Source: an uncultured virus (IMG/VR IMGVR_UViG_2671180842_000001) (lineage: Duplodnaviria > Heunggongvirae > Uroviricota > Caudoviricetes). From it: a DNA stretch of 64,000 nt. The stretch is taken from the IMG/VR virus record IMGVR_UViG_2671180842_000001, one strand, 5' to 3'. The position numbers and the translations under genes are program-made. Positions 47,938 to 57,860 of this stretch are shown piece by piece. A model generated the notes under the pieces. That model had not been told where the DNA came from, made no database searches, and worked only from the letters and a program-made list of their open reading frames with translations. Position 1 is the first letter of the stretch. Each line of letters opens with the position of its first letter.

Positions 47938-48660
47938 CTAATAAACTAATTCATCTTTAAACTTCATTTCGCTTTTACAAGCTTTATAAACTGATGCGCA
48001 ACTCTTGCAATCTTCTAATGCTCTATGAGAACTATAATTCAATCCTAATTCTTCGTGCAAAGAAGGCAAAGAATAACTTTTTAGTTTTTTACCCTCATAA
48101 GTTCTTATGTACTTTCTTGACAAAGTTAATGTATCTATAACCTTATTAGTAATTTTTTTATATCCATTCTTATATAATTTATCTAATATAAATTCCATGT
48201 CAAAAATAGCGTTATGAGCTATAAGAGTATAATCACTTATAAAATTCAAAAAGTGCGGAAGCACTTCCTCAATGCTTGGAGCATTAACAACGTCTTCGTC
48301 TGTTATTCCTGTTATATCAGTTATCTTTTTTCTTATACTCTTACTTGGCTTCACAAATGTACTAAAAATTTCGCTTGGGACATCCCTTTCAAATTTAATA
48401 GCTGCTATCTCGATAATATCTTCTTTGAAAGCATCTAAACCAGTTGTCTCTACATCAAAGACAATATAATGCTCTAAAACTTTATTTTTAGAATTTGTAA
48501 ATTTAATAAATTTTTCGTACTCAATTTCTTTTTGACTTTTAAAAGAACTAACTATGCCACTAGAAAGTTCTTTGCTAAAATCATATTGCTTTGCAATATC
48601 AAATTCAGTTAGAACTGGCTCTTTTAATGTTTTTAAAAATCTTTTTACTGAATTAAACAC
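47938..48660 (-). CDS. DEDDh 3'-5' exonuclease (DnaQ-like)
   Basis: VFDVETTG, IAHNAIFD, HRALEDC. Confidence 0.92.
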   Translation of the reverse strand: MFNSVKRFLKTLKEPVLTEFDIAKQYDFSKELSSGIVSSFKSQKEIEYEKFIKFTNSKNKVLEHYIVFDVETTGLDAFKEDIIEIAAIKFERDVPSEIFSTFVKPSKSIRKKITDITGITDEDVVNAPSIEEVLPHFLNFISDYTLIAHNAIFDMEFILDKLYKNGYKKITNKVIDTLTLSRKYIRTYEGKKLKSYSLPSLHEELGLNYSSHRALEDCKSCASVYKACKSEMKFKDELVY

Positions 48661-48870
48661 AAAGTCATCCCCCCTTTACAGTTTAATTATAAAAAATAAG
48701 ACTTAGTTTGTATACTAAGTCTTAGTAAAATTTAACATTTTAAAAAAATATTTCTAAAATTTAATTGATTTTTTTAAAACAGTATATTTTTTTATAATCT
48801 AAATGTGCTATAATTATAATCATAAAATGAGAATAAGCCGATTTTTTTAAATTAGATTTTTAAAATACAA

Positions 48871-48982
48871 AAAAATAAAAGAGGAATACTCACTTGCCGT
48901 CAAACAATAGTATTCCTCACCATCAGGGAAAATGGACCCTTATTTTGGGATACACAAATATCCTTATTTTCTAATTGCTATA
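48871..48982 (-). ncRNA. Putative countertranscript RNA antisense to the rep/helicase leader
   Basis: Minus-strand TTGATT(49016-49011)-17-TATAAT(48993-48988); terminator hairpin 48881-48918 with T tract. Confidence 0.5.
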
Positions 48983-49104
48983 TTCTTATTATAGAGTAAA
49001 AAGCAATAGAAATCAAGTTTTTTAGAGTATTTTTAATTAGTAAAATTCTACTAAAAAACAGAAAATAGGTTTTATTTTTCCCTGTAAAATAAGGGGGATT
49101 TAAA

Positions 49105-51256
49105 ATGAAAAATAATATAAATAAATTATTTCTAGAAGAATGCAACGCTGAAAGGGCAGAACATGAAAAAGAAAATTATTCAAATTTCAATAGACATGAA
49201 ACATATGAAATAAAAAAATATATAAACGAAAAAAATTAGGAATTAAAACGGCTATAGCTAACGCTTTGGATGGAGGTAAAACCCTATTCATTGCGCCGAC
49301 GGGAGCAGGAAAAAGTTATAGTTTTATAAATACATTAAAAAAATTAAAAACTAAAGCATTATTCATACTTCCAAATGCTTCTAATGTAGAGCAAGCAATG
49401 CACGAATACAACATAGCTGGTGCATATGATAAGATACCTGCTAAACAAGCTTTAGAGAACAATAATCTAGCAGTAATGACCTGGGACAAGACTGAACAGC
49501 TCATAGATGTAGACTTAAGAGAATACATAATCGTAGTTGATGAAATACATCAAACTTATACAGACAGCTATAGAGGGAAAGCAATAAAAAATTTAAACAA
49601 TATCATGTCTAAGTGTAAAGGAAGAATAGATATAACAGCAACACCAACAAAACTAGAATTTGAAATATATGACTACATAATAGAGTACACTCAAAAACAA
49701 AAAACAGAATATGATGTCAAGTTATATAATGATTTTGATAATAAAAATTTTACAGAAATAATTAATATAATAAATAAGTCAAACAATAGTGCCATGCTAA
49801 TGAATGATATATCAACTCTTGAGTTCATAAGAGATTCAGTAAACAAAAATGCGGGAGTTGTATATGCAGATGGGAAAGAAGAAAATGAGTTGTACAGTAG
49901 AATAGTTAAAAATTCAGATATGAAAGGCTACGAAACGCTTTTAAATACAACAACAATCCTAGCTGGTGTAAATATAAACAACAAAGATATCACAGATATA
50001 ATTATTGTTAATATAAAAGATATTGGAGCTATAAAGCAATATGTTGCAAGGTTTAGAAATTTAAAAAAAGTAAATGTACACATATTCAATAAATACAAAG
50101 AAGAGTGTAATGTCTATAAAATAGAATGGTTGGTTGATAAAAATATAGAAAAAGCAACTATCTTAAAAGATGCTTATAACAAAGTATCTAAACATACCCT
50201 AATGTTTGAAACGGTTGGGATAAATGCTACACCAATTCGAATTGATTCAAATGTTTATTACTGTATGAAAGACAATTGTTACAAAGTAGATAAACTGTAT
50301 ATAAAAAGCCAAATTTACAGTAACTATTACAACACAAGAACAATACAAAGTTTTAAAGTTTTATTAGAAGAATACTTCGATAATGTTAATATAACTGATG
50401 CTAAAGAAATTGAAACAAATGAAAAAGAATTAAAAGAATATAAAAAAGTTGTAAAAGAAATTAAAGAAGCAACAAGAAATATTTTAAAAGAACATAAAGA
50501 ATTTTGGTAGGTTATAGACAGATTAAAAGCAATTCTAAGAGCTTTTCACTAATGCAGTATCATAATGATATGAAACTAAGTTCAAAAGGGTGCTTAGAGG
50601 CTTACAGAGCGTATGACATACATAATTTGGTAAAGAAAAGTAAAAGTAATAGCATGTTAGAACTATATTCTAACTATGTGCTAGATAATAAATTCAGTTT
50701 AGACCTCGCTTGGAAGTTAGCAAATACAGCAAATAGAAAGCGTGGAGCAATATTCAACAAGTTAAATACTTTGATATACAGAGAATTAAAAGAGGAATAT
50801 CCAGAATTTTTAAATGATGAACTTATTCAAGTTACAGTATTTAATTATATAGACAAATTATTTGGAATTGGAACATCTTATACAGAGTTGCATTTACAAG
50901 AGTTAAGTGACGACTTAAGATTGATTTTAGGAGAAAATTGGAACTTAACAACTAAAAAACTGAGTATCATATTGAATGAAGTTTTTGTAATAGAAAAGAA
51001 AAAATATAGAGGTGGGAACAGTTTAGAAAATATCTTTTTTTATAAAAATATAAATCCTAAACTGTTCCCACTCGAAGCTGAACGAATGCAAGTTAATAAT
51101 ATAAAAAGATATATAAGCATAGATGACATAAAAAAAGATTTAAAATTAGACGAAAAAGACAAGAGCCTAGAACATGCTATAAAACATACAAAAGATAGAA
51201 TGTTGAACTCTTTAGATGAAGATGAAAAACTGTTGCTACTAAAAGGTTTTATGTAA
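49105..51256 (+). CDS. SF2 helicase-domain replication protein (frameshifts near 49233 and 50502)
   Basis: IAPTGAGKS, IVVDEIH, ITATP, AGVNI, QYVARFR; AAGGGGG RBS before ATG 49105. Confidence 0.75.
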
Positions 51257-51270
51257 AAACATATGGAGGG

Positions 51271-51615
51271 ATGAATATGAAATTAAGAATTGGGATTATA
51301 GATAAATATGTGGCTGAGGCAAGTTATGAGTTATCAGAACTTTTAATTGATGCTTTTAATAAATATGATGAATTTGTTGAGGCTATAAGAGGTGGAGAAA
51401 TTCGCATAGTCCCATTTAATTTGGGATTTCAAGCTTTGCTGGAAGAGGATTCTACTTATGATGAGTATGAATTTTATTACGATGATGAGGATGATAAATG
51501 TTTTTTTCATATTAAATATAGAAATGTTAAAGATGTTGAACTTTCAAAAGAACTTTTGCTAGAACTTATAAAAGTTAATTTGCCCGCAGGAGCAAAATTA
51601 ATTGTGAACAACTAG
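51271..51615 (+). CDS. Hypothetical protein
   Basis: GGAGG RBS. Confidence 0.6.
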   Translation: MNMKLRIGIIDKYVAEASYELSELLIDAFNKYDEFVEAIRGGEIRIVPFNLGFQALLEEDSTYDEYEFYYDDEDDKCFFHIKYRNVKDVELSKELLLELIKVNLPAGAKLIVNN

Positions 51616-51633
51616 AAATTTGTGTTTAGATAC

Positions 51634-51689
51634 AAAAGCCGGGAGTAGGAATATATATATATATATATAAATTCCTACTCCCGGCTTTT
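51634..51689. repeat. 56-bp near-perfect palindrome with an (AT)n centre
   Basis: AAAAGCCGGGAGTAGGAAT-(AT)n-ATTCCTACTCCCGGCTTTT. Confidence 0.85.
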
Positions 51690-51951
51690 TGATATGAGAG
51701 CTGTAGGGTTTAAATATTTGACCCTACAGTTTTTAAATGTGAGAAAATTCAAAGTAAATTGAATTGGGATTATTTTCCACTAGCAAAATTTGCTAAAAGG
51801 TACTATTATTGTAGTATAAATGTTTAATTACGACAAAAAATCGTACATGTGTTCTTGTGTAATCGAACAAAAAAGGGTATAATTAAAGTTGCAAGTTATT
51901 TTTTTCAAATTTTAAGAATGTATTATTCTAATAAAAAATAGGGGGATGGTT

Positions 51952-52053
51952 TTGTTGAAAGAGGAAATAAAAAGAATGATAGATTTAATTGGGGACAGAG
52001 AGTTGTTAGAAATTATTTATTTATATCTAAGAAAAAAAACTAAAAATAAATGA
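51952..52053 (+). CDS. Small protein (33 aa) convergent with the repressor
   Basis: AGGGGG RBS; promoter TTGTGT-17-TATAAT at 51855-51883. Confidence 0.45.
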   Translation: MLKEEIKRMIDLIGDRELLEIIYLYLRKKTKNK

Positions 52054-52092
52054 GTACATATAAAAAAGCTATCAAAAATGAGATGATAGCTT

Positions 52093-52467
52093 TTATTCTT
52101 TAGAAAATACTTCTAAAATTTTCAAAATTGATTCGAGTTGCTCGTCTGTTAATTTGCTAAATTCTAATACTGCTTTCGCTAGTTTTTCGTTTTCGTCTAT
52201 TGCGCAAAAAGCCTCCGCTTTCACGGAGTTTCTATCCTCAGTGTTATACATCTCTCCTGTGCCAGTTCTTAGCCAATTCTCATTTACCTTAAATAGTGAA
52301 ATTATTAATTTTAAATCACTTTCCTTTACCTTCGTCCTTCCACTTTCTAAATTGTAAATCTCATGCTTTGTCTTTCCTAATTTTTCTCCAAATTCTATTT
52401 GCTTTAACCCCTCTGATGACCTTAACTTTCTGATTCGTATATTTATATCGTCTATTATTTCGTTCAT
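52093..52467 (-). CDS. XRE HTH repressor of phage B
   Basis: IRKLRSSEGLKQIEFGEKLG...NENWLRTGTGEM. Confidence 0.85.
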   Translation of the reverse strand: MNEIIDDINIRIRKLRSSEGLKQIEFGEKLGKTKHEIYNLESGRTKVKESDLKLIISLFKVNENWLRTGTGEMYNTEDRNSVKAEAFCAIDENEKLAKAVLEFSKLTDEQLESILKILEVFSKE

Positions 52468-52574
52468 TTACAAAACTCCTTTCATAAATTGATTTTACCT
52501 TAAAATATTATTTAAGTCAACGTAATTATACGTCCAAATGGTAAAATGAAGGCATAATAAATTTCAATATAGTA

Positions 52575-52629
52575 TTGACAGTACTCCTATAACGTCATAT
52601 AATGTATCTATAGACGTTATAGGAGTACT
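52575..52629 (+). promoter_or_regulatory. Early promoter with an inverted-repeat operator
   Basis: TTGACA(52575)-17-TATAAT(52598); 17-bp inverted repeat 52580-52596 / 52613-52629. Confidence 0.75.
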
Positions 52630-52642
52630 GGGAGGTGTTTTT

Positions 52643-52825
52643 ATGAATAGAGAAGAAATGATTTGTAAAAGTGTGAAATTATATTTAAGTTTAAGCGAAA
52701 AAAAACAAAAAGATATTGATTGTATAATAAAGGCTAATAACATTGGAAATATCGCTAATGAACGTATTTTAGACATAGATAAATTGAACGAGGCAGTCGA
52801 AGAAATGAAAAAAATGATTTGTTAA
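52643..52825 (+). CDS. Hypothetical protein
   Basis: GGAGGTG RBS. Confidence 0.6.
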   Translation: MNREEMICKSVKLYLSLSEKKQKDIDCIIKANNIGNIANERILDIDKLNEAVEEMKKMIC

Positions 52826-52890
52826 AAAAGTGTACTTGACGGCTACACTAAAAAATCTAATTTAAAAAAACTAAAGGAAAAGGTGAGATT

Positions 52891-53325
52891 ATGTATATTG
52901 AAAATATAGAAGAATTAAAAGAGTTAATTGAACTTTTTGGAGTTGTAGAAGCGAAGAGTGAAAACGTAGTTGCGTTTGGAGAGGTTGAAAGTCTTGACTC
53001 TTGTACAGAAGAAAATGCAGAGAAAGCATTAGATATATTAAATAAGCATAAACAAGAGAATAAAAAAAGATATAGAGATTTCTTTGAATTGAAAGAATGG
53101 ATTAACGGAGATGAAGAACGAAAGCAAATATTTGCGGATATTGCTATTTGTGAAAGATGTGGTAAAATAGTTGCTAATTCTGAAATGTTAACCTCGTTTC
53201 CTATCTTAGCAAAATATGATGAGAATCGAAGTGTTTTTGAACAGTTGGAAACTGTTGCTATATGCCCAGACTGCTTGATGTTTATAACTAGAGTATATGA
53301 GTCGTTATTTGATTTCGAAGGTTAG
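52891..53325 (+). CDS. Hypothetical zinc-binding protein
   Basis: CERC and CPDC. Confidence 0.6.
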   Translation: MYIENIEELKELIELFGVVEAKSENVVAFGEVESLDSCTEENAEKALDILNKHKQENKKRYRDFFELKEWINGDEERKQIFADIAICERCGKIVANSEMLTSFPILAKYDENRSVFEQLETVAICPDCLMFITRVYESLFDFEG

Positions 53326-53585
53326 AAACAAAAAGTAACAATGTTAGTCGTCAAGAGTGTTTTTAATAGCATTAAATTAGTTAAAATAAGTATCTTAACA
53401 TATGTAACAAGGAGTAAAACAAATGAAGAAGATTTCAGAAATGAGTATATTGGAAAAGGCTGATTTTATTAGAAATAGACAACTAGAATTGAAAAAGAAA
53501 TATCAAAACAAGGCTAAAGGAGAATTGTTTAATATGGCTTGTAGAGAGTTAGAAGAAAAAGAAAAGTGCGAAGGGGTGTTTTGAT

Positions 53586-53930
53586 ATGTTGGGTTATAAG
53601 CTTGTAAGAACTGAAGAATTGTTAAAGCTTAGAAAAGACTTAGAGATAAAAGAAGAAGAATTAAAAAGAAACCTTGAAGAACTATCTGAACAACATTTAT
53701 CTAAAGCAAGTTTGTATATGAATCTAGGAATGACTATAACAGAAAATGAATTTTATAATTCAATAATCGAGAAATTGTTTGATAAAGATTTTAGAAAAGC
53801 TATCAGCATTTTTAACAAAACTAAAAGTATTCGGATAAAGAATAAAAAAGCAACTGAAATATTACTTAGAATTGATAGAGAAGAAAAAATAAAGGAATTT
53901 CCTTGTAGAAATAAAAGAAGGAAGTGTTAG
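53586..53930 (+). CDS. Hypothetical protein
   Basis: ORF with RBS. Confidence 0.55.
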   Translation: MLGYKLVRTEELLKLRKDLEIKEEELKRNLEELSEQHLSKASLYMNLGMTITENEFYNSIIEKLFDKDFRKAISIFNKTKSIRIKNKKATEILLRIDREEKIKEFPCRNKRRKC

Positions 53931-54327
53931 AAATGAATAATGTTTGTTTAGTTGGAAGATTAACAAAAGACCCCGAATTTAAATATATTCCAAAATCGGG
54001 TACGCCAGTAGCAACTTTTACAATTGCTATAGATAGAGACTATGTAAATAAAGAAGGACAAAAAGAGACTGATTTTATACCAGTTGAAGTAATGGGGAAA
54101 TCTGCGGAATACTGTGCGAGTTACATAACAAAAGGTCGATTAGTCGCTTTGAAAGGTGAAATAAGAGTTGATTCATATACAGATAAGAAAACTGAAGAAA
54201 AAGGATATTTACGAAAGTTCATACAAAGATGGTAACGTCTTTAGAAAGTAGTAAAAATAATAAAGAAAATAAGGAAGAAACTCTGAATTTACAAGCTATA
54301 TACGACGACCCCGATATACCGTTTTAG
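53924..54327 (+). CDS. ssb: Single-stranded DNA-binding protein (frameshift near 54200)
   Basis: MNNVCLVGRLTKDPE; the tail YDDPDIPF* lies in another frame. Confidence 0.85.
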
Positions 54328-54665
54328 CAGCTGAAAGAAACAGAGAAAAAGCTCCGTTTTGGAATTAAAAAAGGATGTGGGAAAATGACTAGAAAAGGAA
54401 AAGTATTAAAAATTTGTGGTTGGTGCGGAAAAAACATTTCTTTCTGATAATGATGGTAAAATTGCATATTGTTCTAAGAAATGTAAGAAAAAAGAGAAAA
54501 AATTTAGAAACAGAAGGGGCAAAAAAATGAAAGAGTATAAAATTGAAATTGAAGAAACAATATTTTTAAAACATAAAGTTATTGTTGAAGTTCTAGAGTG
54601 AAAAAAAGCTGTAAGAAAATAAAATAAGGAGAAAAAAGAATGGAAAATATTTTTGGTGGAGTTTT

Positions 54666-54908
54666 ATGGATTTAGAAGAAGCGGAAAAAGTTGTTACAGA
54701 AGAAAGTATAAAAGACTTAGAAAATGCTATAAATGAAATTGAGAATGAAGCGGAAGAAGTTAAAATTTTAATTATTAAGAAAAATGGCGATGAAAAATAT
54801 ATTAATTTCAAACACGATGGATATATGAAAGACGTTATAAAAGATAGAATAGTTCAATGTTTTGAAGAAATAAAAATAATGCATGAAACAATTTTAGAAG
54901 AAATATAA
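54666..54908 (+). CDS. Hypothetical protein
   Basis: ORF; resembles 10982-11308. Confidence 0.5.
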   Translation: MDLEEAEKVVTEESIKDLENAINEIENEAEEVKILIIKKNGDEKYINFKHDGYMKDVIKDRIVQCFEEIKIMHETILEEI

Positions 54909-54926
54909 AAAGGGAGAAAATAAAAG

Positions 54927-55187
54927 ATGAATTTTAAAATGATTGCTAATGTGCCGGAGAGCTGGACAGTTCAAAAACAATTTGAAAAGATATTGGAAGA
55001 AATTTTAGAACTTAAAGAAGCTATTGCGTTAGATGATAATAAGAAAATATTAGAAGAAGGTTTAGATGTTTTTCAAGCAATTCTCACTTTATTTAAAATA
55101 ATTGGTATACATAACATAAGCGAAGGGTTGAAAGAGCATAACAAAAAACTTAGAAGAAGGAAATGGAAGCTAGAAAAAATAGATTAA
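54927..55187 (+). CDS. MazG-like all-alpha NTP pyrophosphatase fold protein
   Basis: KILEEILELKEAI...ILEEGLDV (EExxE...EExxD pattern). Confidence 0.5.
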   Translation: MNFKMIANVPESWTVQKQFEKILEEILELKEAIALDDNKKILEEGLDVFQAILTLFKIIGIHNISEGLKEHNKKLRRRKWKLEKID

Positions 55188-55434
55188 AGTTAAAGGTATG
55201 AATAAGTGGCATTTACTTTAATTATTAAATAGATAAGATAGAAATAATTTATATTAATAGATTTTATTTGAACTTAAAAAAATGAAGTCTTGTAACAAAA
55301 AAACAAAATAAAAATCCAGAATATTTTGAATAATATGCAGTAGTTGGAAATGCTACAAAATACCTAACTAGTCCCAAAAGCTAAATTTAAGGATTAGTTA
55401 GGTATTTATAACAAAAAGTACAAGAGGTGTAAAA

Positions 55435-55896
55435 ATGAAAATAAAAAAAGAGTATTTTGACAAAGTGGAAAATACATTAAAAATATTAGGAGATAAATAT
55501 AGAAAGTTAAGAGTATTAAAAAAAGAAATAGCAATTCTTAAACACAAAGAAAACTATAGAGAAATTAATTTCGAAGAATTAGGGTTTAAAGTACAAAAAA
55601 GTGTAAAAGGTATAGATGACATGGTTGTAGCAATAGAGGATGCTATCTACAACAAAGAAACTGAAATTGAAATTATAGAGCGAAAGCTAGAGTTTTATAA
55701 TATTTATTTAAAAGAGCTATCAGAGATAGAACAAAAAATTATAGAACTAGTATACTTTTACAGTTGGGATGGGAAAATGCCTATTACAAAAATGGCAAGG
55801 GAATTAAATTATGATAGAAGTAGTCTTTATAACAAAAAAGCTATTGCTATTAATAAAATAGCTTTAATGATATATGGTGATGAAGCTTTAGAATAA
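55435..55896 (+). CDS. ArpU/RinA-like late regulator
   Basis: LSEIEQKIIELVYF...MARELNYDRSSLYNKK HTH. Confidence 0.75.
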   Translation: MKIKKEYFDKVENTLKILGDKYRKLRVLKKEIAILKHKENYREINFEELGFKVQKSVKGIDDMVVAIEDAIYNKETEIEIIERKLEFYNIYLKELSEIEQKIIELVYFYSWDGKMPITKMARELNYDRSSLYNKKAIAINKIALMIYGDEALE

Positions 55897-56107
55897 ACAT
55901 TATTTTTACAGAAAAAAGACTATTTTTATACTTCGCTTCTAAAGAAAACATGTTAGAATTGTATCATAGAAAAAAGTGTACATTGACAACTGAATATTCC
56001 TCGAAAACTATAGCCTATTTTTTAGGCTTTTTTTTATTCTCTTTTGAAAGGGGGGATTTTAATTAGGAGTAAAAAGAGCATCAAAGCCTATCAAGCGTAC
56101 GCAAGAA

Positions 56108-56668
56108 GTGCTAGATATTCAAGATTATCTAAAATATAAAAGTTATAGGAATTATGTGATTTTTATGTTAGGGATAACAACAGGATATAGAGCAGGAGAT
56201 TTAGTTAAGCTAAAAGTTAGAGACGTAAAAGAAGCTTTAAGAAGACAAGAATTTACCATAATGGAAGGTAAAAAAGTTAATAGTAAAAACATTAGGGAAA
56301 AGAATAGGAAGCCTCGAACAGTTGAAGTAAGACCTAGAATTGCACAAATATTAAAGAAGTATATAAAAGGTAAACATGACTATGAGTATATGTTTACATC
56401 AAGAAAAAGAAAATATCCTCACATTGGTGTTGAAGCTGTTAGTAAAGCATTAAAAGAAGCAGGAGAATATTTTGGGTTATGTGATATAACAGCACATAGC
56501 ATGAGGAAAACTTATGCTTATAAAATTTATATTGATAGCGGAAAAGATATTGTTGCAGTTAAGGAATTGTTGGGCCACTCTTCTATAGAAGAAACAAAAG
56601 TGTATCTAGGTTTAGATAAAGAATTGTATCATCATTACAGTGAGTCGTTGGACGACTTTGTAAGGTGA
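56108..56668 (+). CDS. Tyrosine recombinase (Xer-like, catalytic domain only)
   Basis: TGYRAGD, HSMRKT, LLGHSS, TKVY; frame is open from 56063. Confidence 0.9.
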   Translation: MLDIQDYLKYKSYRNYVIFMLGITTGYRAGDLVKLKVRDVKEALRRQEFTIMEGKKVNSKNIREKNRKPRTVEVRPRIAQILKKYIKGKHDYEYMFTSRKRKYPHIGVEAVSKALKEAGEYFGLCDITAHSMRKTYAYKIYIDSGKDIVAVKELLGHSSIEETKVYLGLDKELYHHYSESLDDFVR

Positions 56669-56864
56669 TATTTTTTTATTTGCCTGTTTGAATGTCTAAA
56701 AATTTGGTGTAGTGATATTCAGGGTATCAAAATCGCTATATAAGAAGTAAGAAAAAATTAGATTGAATATCTGGTTCTCTAAGAAAATAAGACGTTCAAA
56801 TGAAGAAATACGAACTATATTTAATTAGTTTTTAATAATGTTCGTATAGAAAAAGAGGTGTTTT

Positions 56865-57080
56865 ATGAAGAAAATAGAGTTGGATGATAAAGAGATTAAA
56901 CTGATTATTTCAGCATTAGATTTAAAAGTTTCTCGCAACTTAGGCAAAGCTTATAAAAACTTCCCATATGCTTTTGATGAAAAAGAAGAGTATAAGAGGG
57001 ATGTGGCAACTATGGAGCTTTTGATTGATAAGTTTTTAAGTAAGCTTAATGAGGTAGAGTGTGAGGGAGTGCTTATATAA
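56865..57080 (+). CDS. Hypothetical protein
   Basis: GAGGTG RBS. Confidence 0.55.
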   Translation: MKKIELDDKEIKLIISALDLKVSRNLGKAYKNFPYAFDEKEEYKRDVATMELLIDKFLSKLNEVECEGVLI

Positions 57081-57373
57081 TGGCTAGAGAGTTTAGTCGA
57101 AGCTTTTATAATAGCAAAGCTTGGAAGGAGTGTAGGCAATCAATTATTAAGAAATATCTAGGCTTGTGTGCTGAGTGTGGGAAGCTAGGAGAAGAAGTGC
57201 ATCATATAAAATATTTAACTCCTGCTAATATACATGATGTTGAGATAACTTTAGGTGAGGAGAATTTAATATTGCTATGTAAAGACTGTCATAGTAAAAA
57301 ACATAAGAGTAAGAAAGACATTACTAGAACAGGGTTAAAATTTAATGAAAAAGGGGAATTGATTTCGATTTAG
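57080..57373 (+). CDS. HNH endonuclease (HK97 gp74-like packaging factor)
   Basis: FYNSKAWK..CAECG..EVHH..NLILLCKDCH; directly before terS. Confidence 0.88.
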   Translation: MAREFSRSFYNSKAWKECRQSIIKKYLGLCAECGKLGEEVHHIKYLTPANIHDVEITLGEENLILLCKDCHSKKHKSKKDITRTGLKFNEKGELISI

Positions 57374-57379
57374 AAAAAA

Positions 57380-57460
57380 ATAGTATATCCCCCCTTAAAA
57401 AACGACCCTGGGGGCTGATTTCAAATACCGATGTCCCCACATCAATTTTCCTCCGAATGA
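57380..57460. other. Candidate cos region of phage B
   Basis: GC-rich C/G-run tract between HNH and terS, the usual cos position. Confidence 0.45.
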
Positions 57461-57470
57461 AAAAATCAGA

Positions 57471-57860
57471 ATGGGAGGGGGGTTATTTAAAATAATTTAC
57501 GAACAATTAGAGAAAGAAAAAAAGATAAAACAAGAGGTAAGCAGATTAAAGAAAAACTATAAAGATTTAGAAAAAGAAAAAGTTAAAATTTTAGATGGGC
57601 TAATAAATGAAGCAGCTTTTTTAAAAATATCTTTAGAAGGGACTAGGGAAATTTTGACAAAAGAAGGTTTGACTGAAATTTTTAAACAAGGTAAGCAGGA
57701 ATTTGAAAGAGAGAGGCTTCAAGTTAAAATATATTTAAATTTTATGAAGCTTTACTCTAGTGTTATGAAACAACTGATTGATATTATTCCAAGCGACAAA
57801 AAGCAGGAGGAAGAGGACAAACTTATTGAGTTTATGAAAAAAGGTAGACTTCAAAAATGA
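57471..57860 (+). CDS. terS: Terminase small subunit
   Basis: Synteny; GLINEAAFLKISL. Confidence 0.75.
   Translation: MGGGLFKIIYEQLEKEKKIKQEVSRLKKNYKDLEKEKVKILDGLINEAAFLKISLEGTREILTKEGLTEIFKQGKQEFERERLQVKIYLNFMKLYSSVMKQLIDIIPSDKKQEEEDKLIEFMKKGRLQK

Noticed and set aside
52834..53356. CTTGACGGCTA / TAGTCGTCAAG inverted match flanking ORF 52891-53325
   Set aside because: Only about 11 bp with a mismatch; no transposase or target duplication.
56108..56668. Integrase defining phage B attachment sites
   Set aside because: Short, lacks arm- and core-binding domains, sits in the late region, and no att repeats are visible; more consistent with a dimer resolvase.
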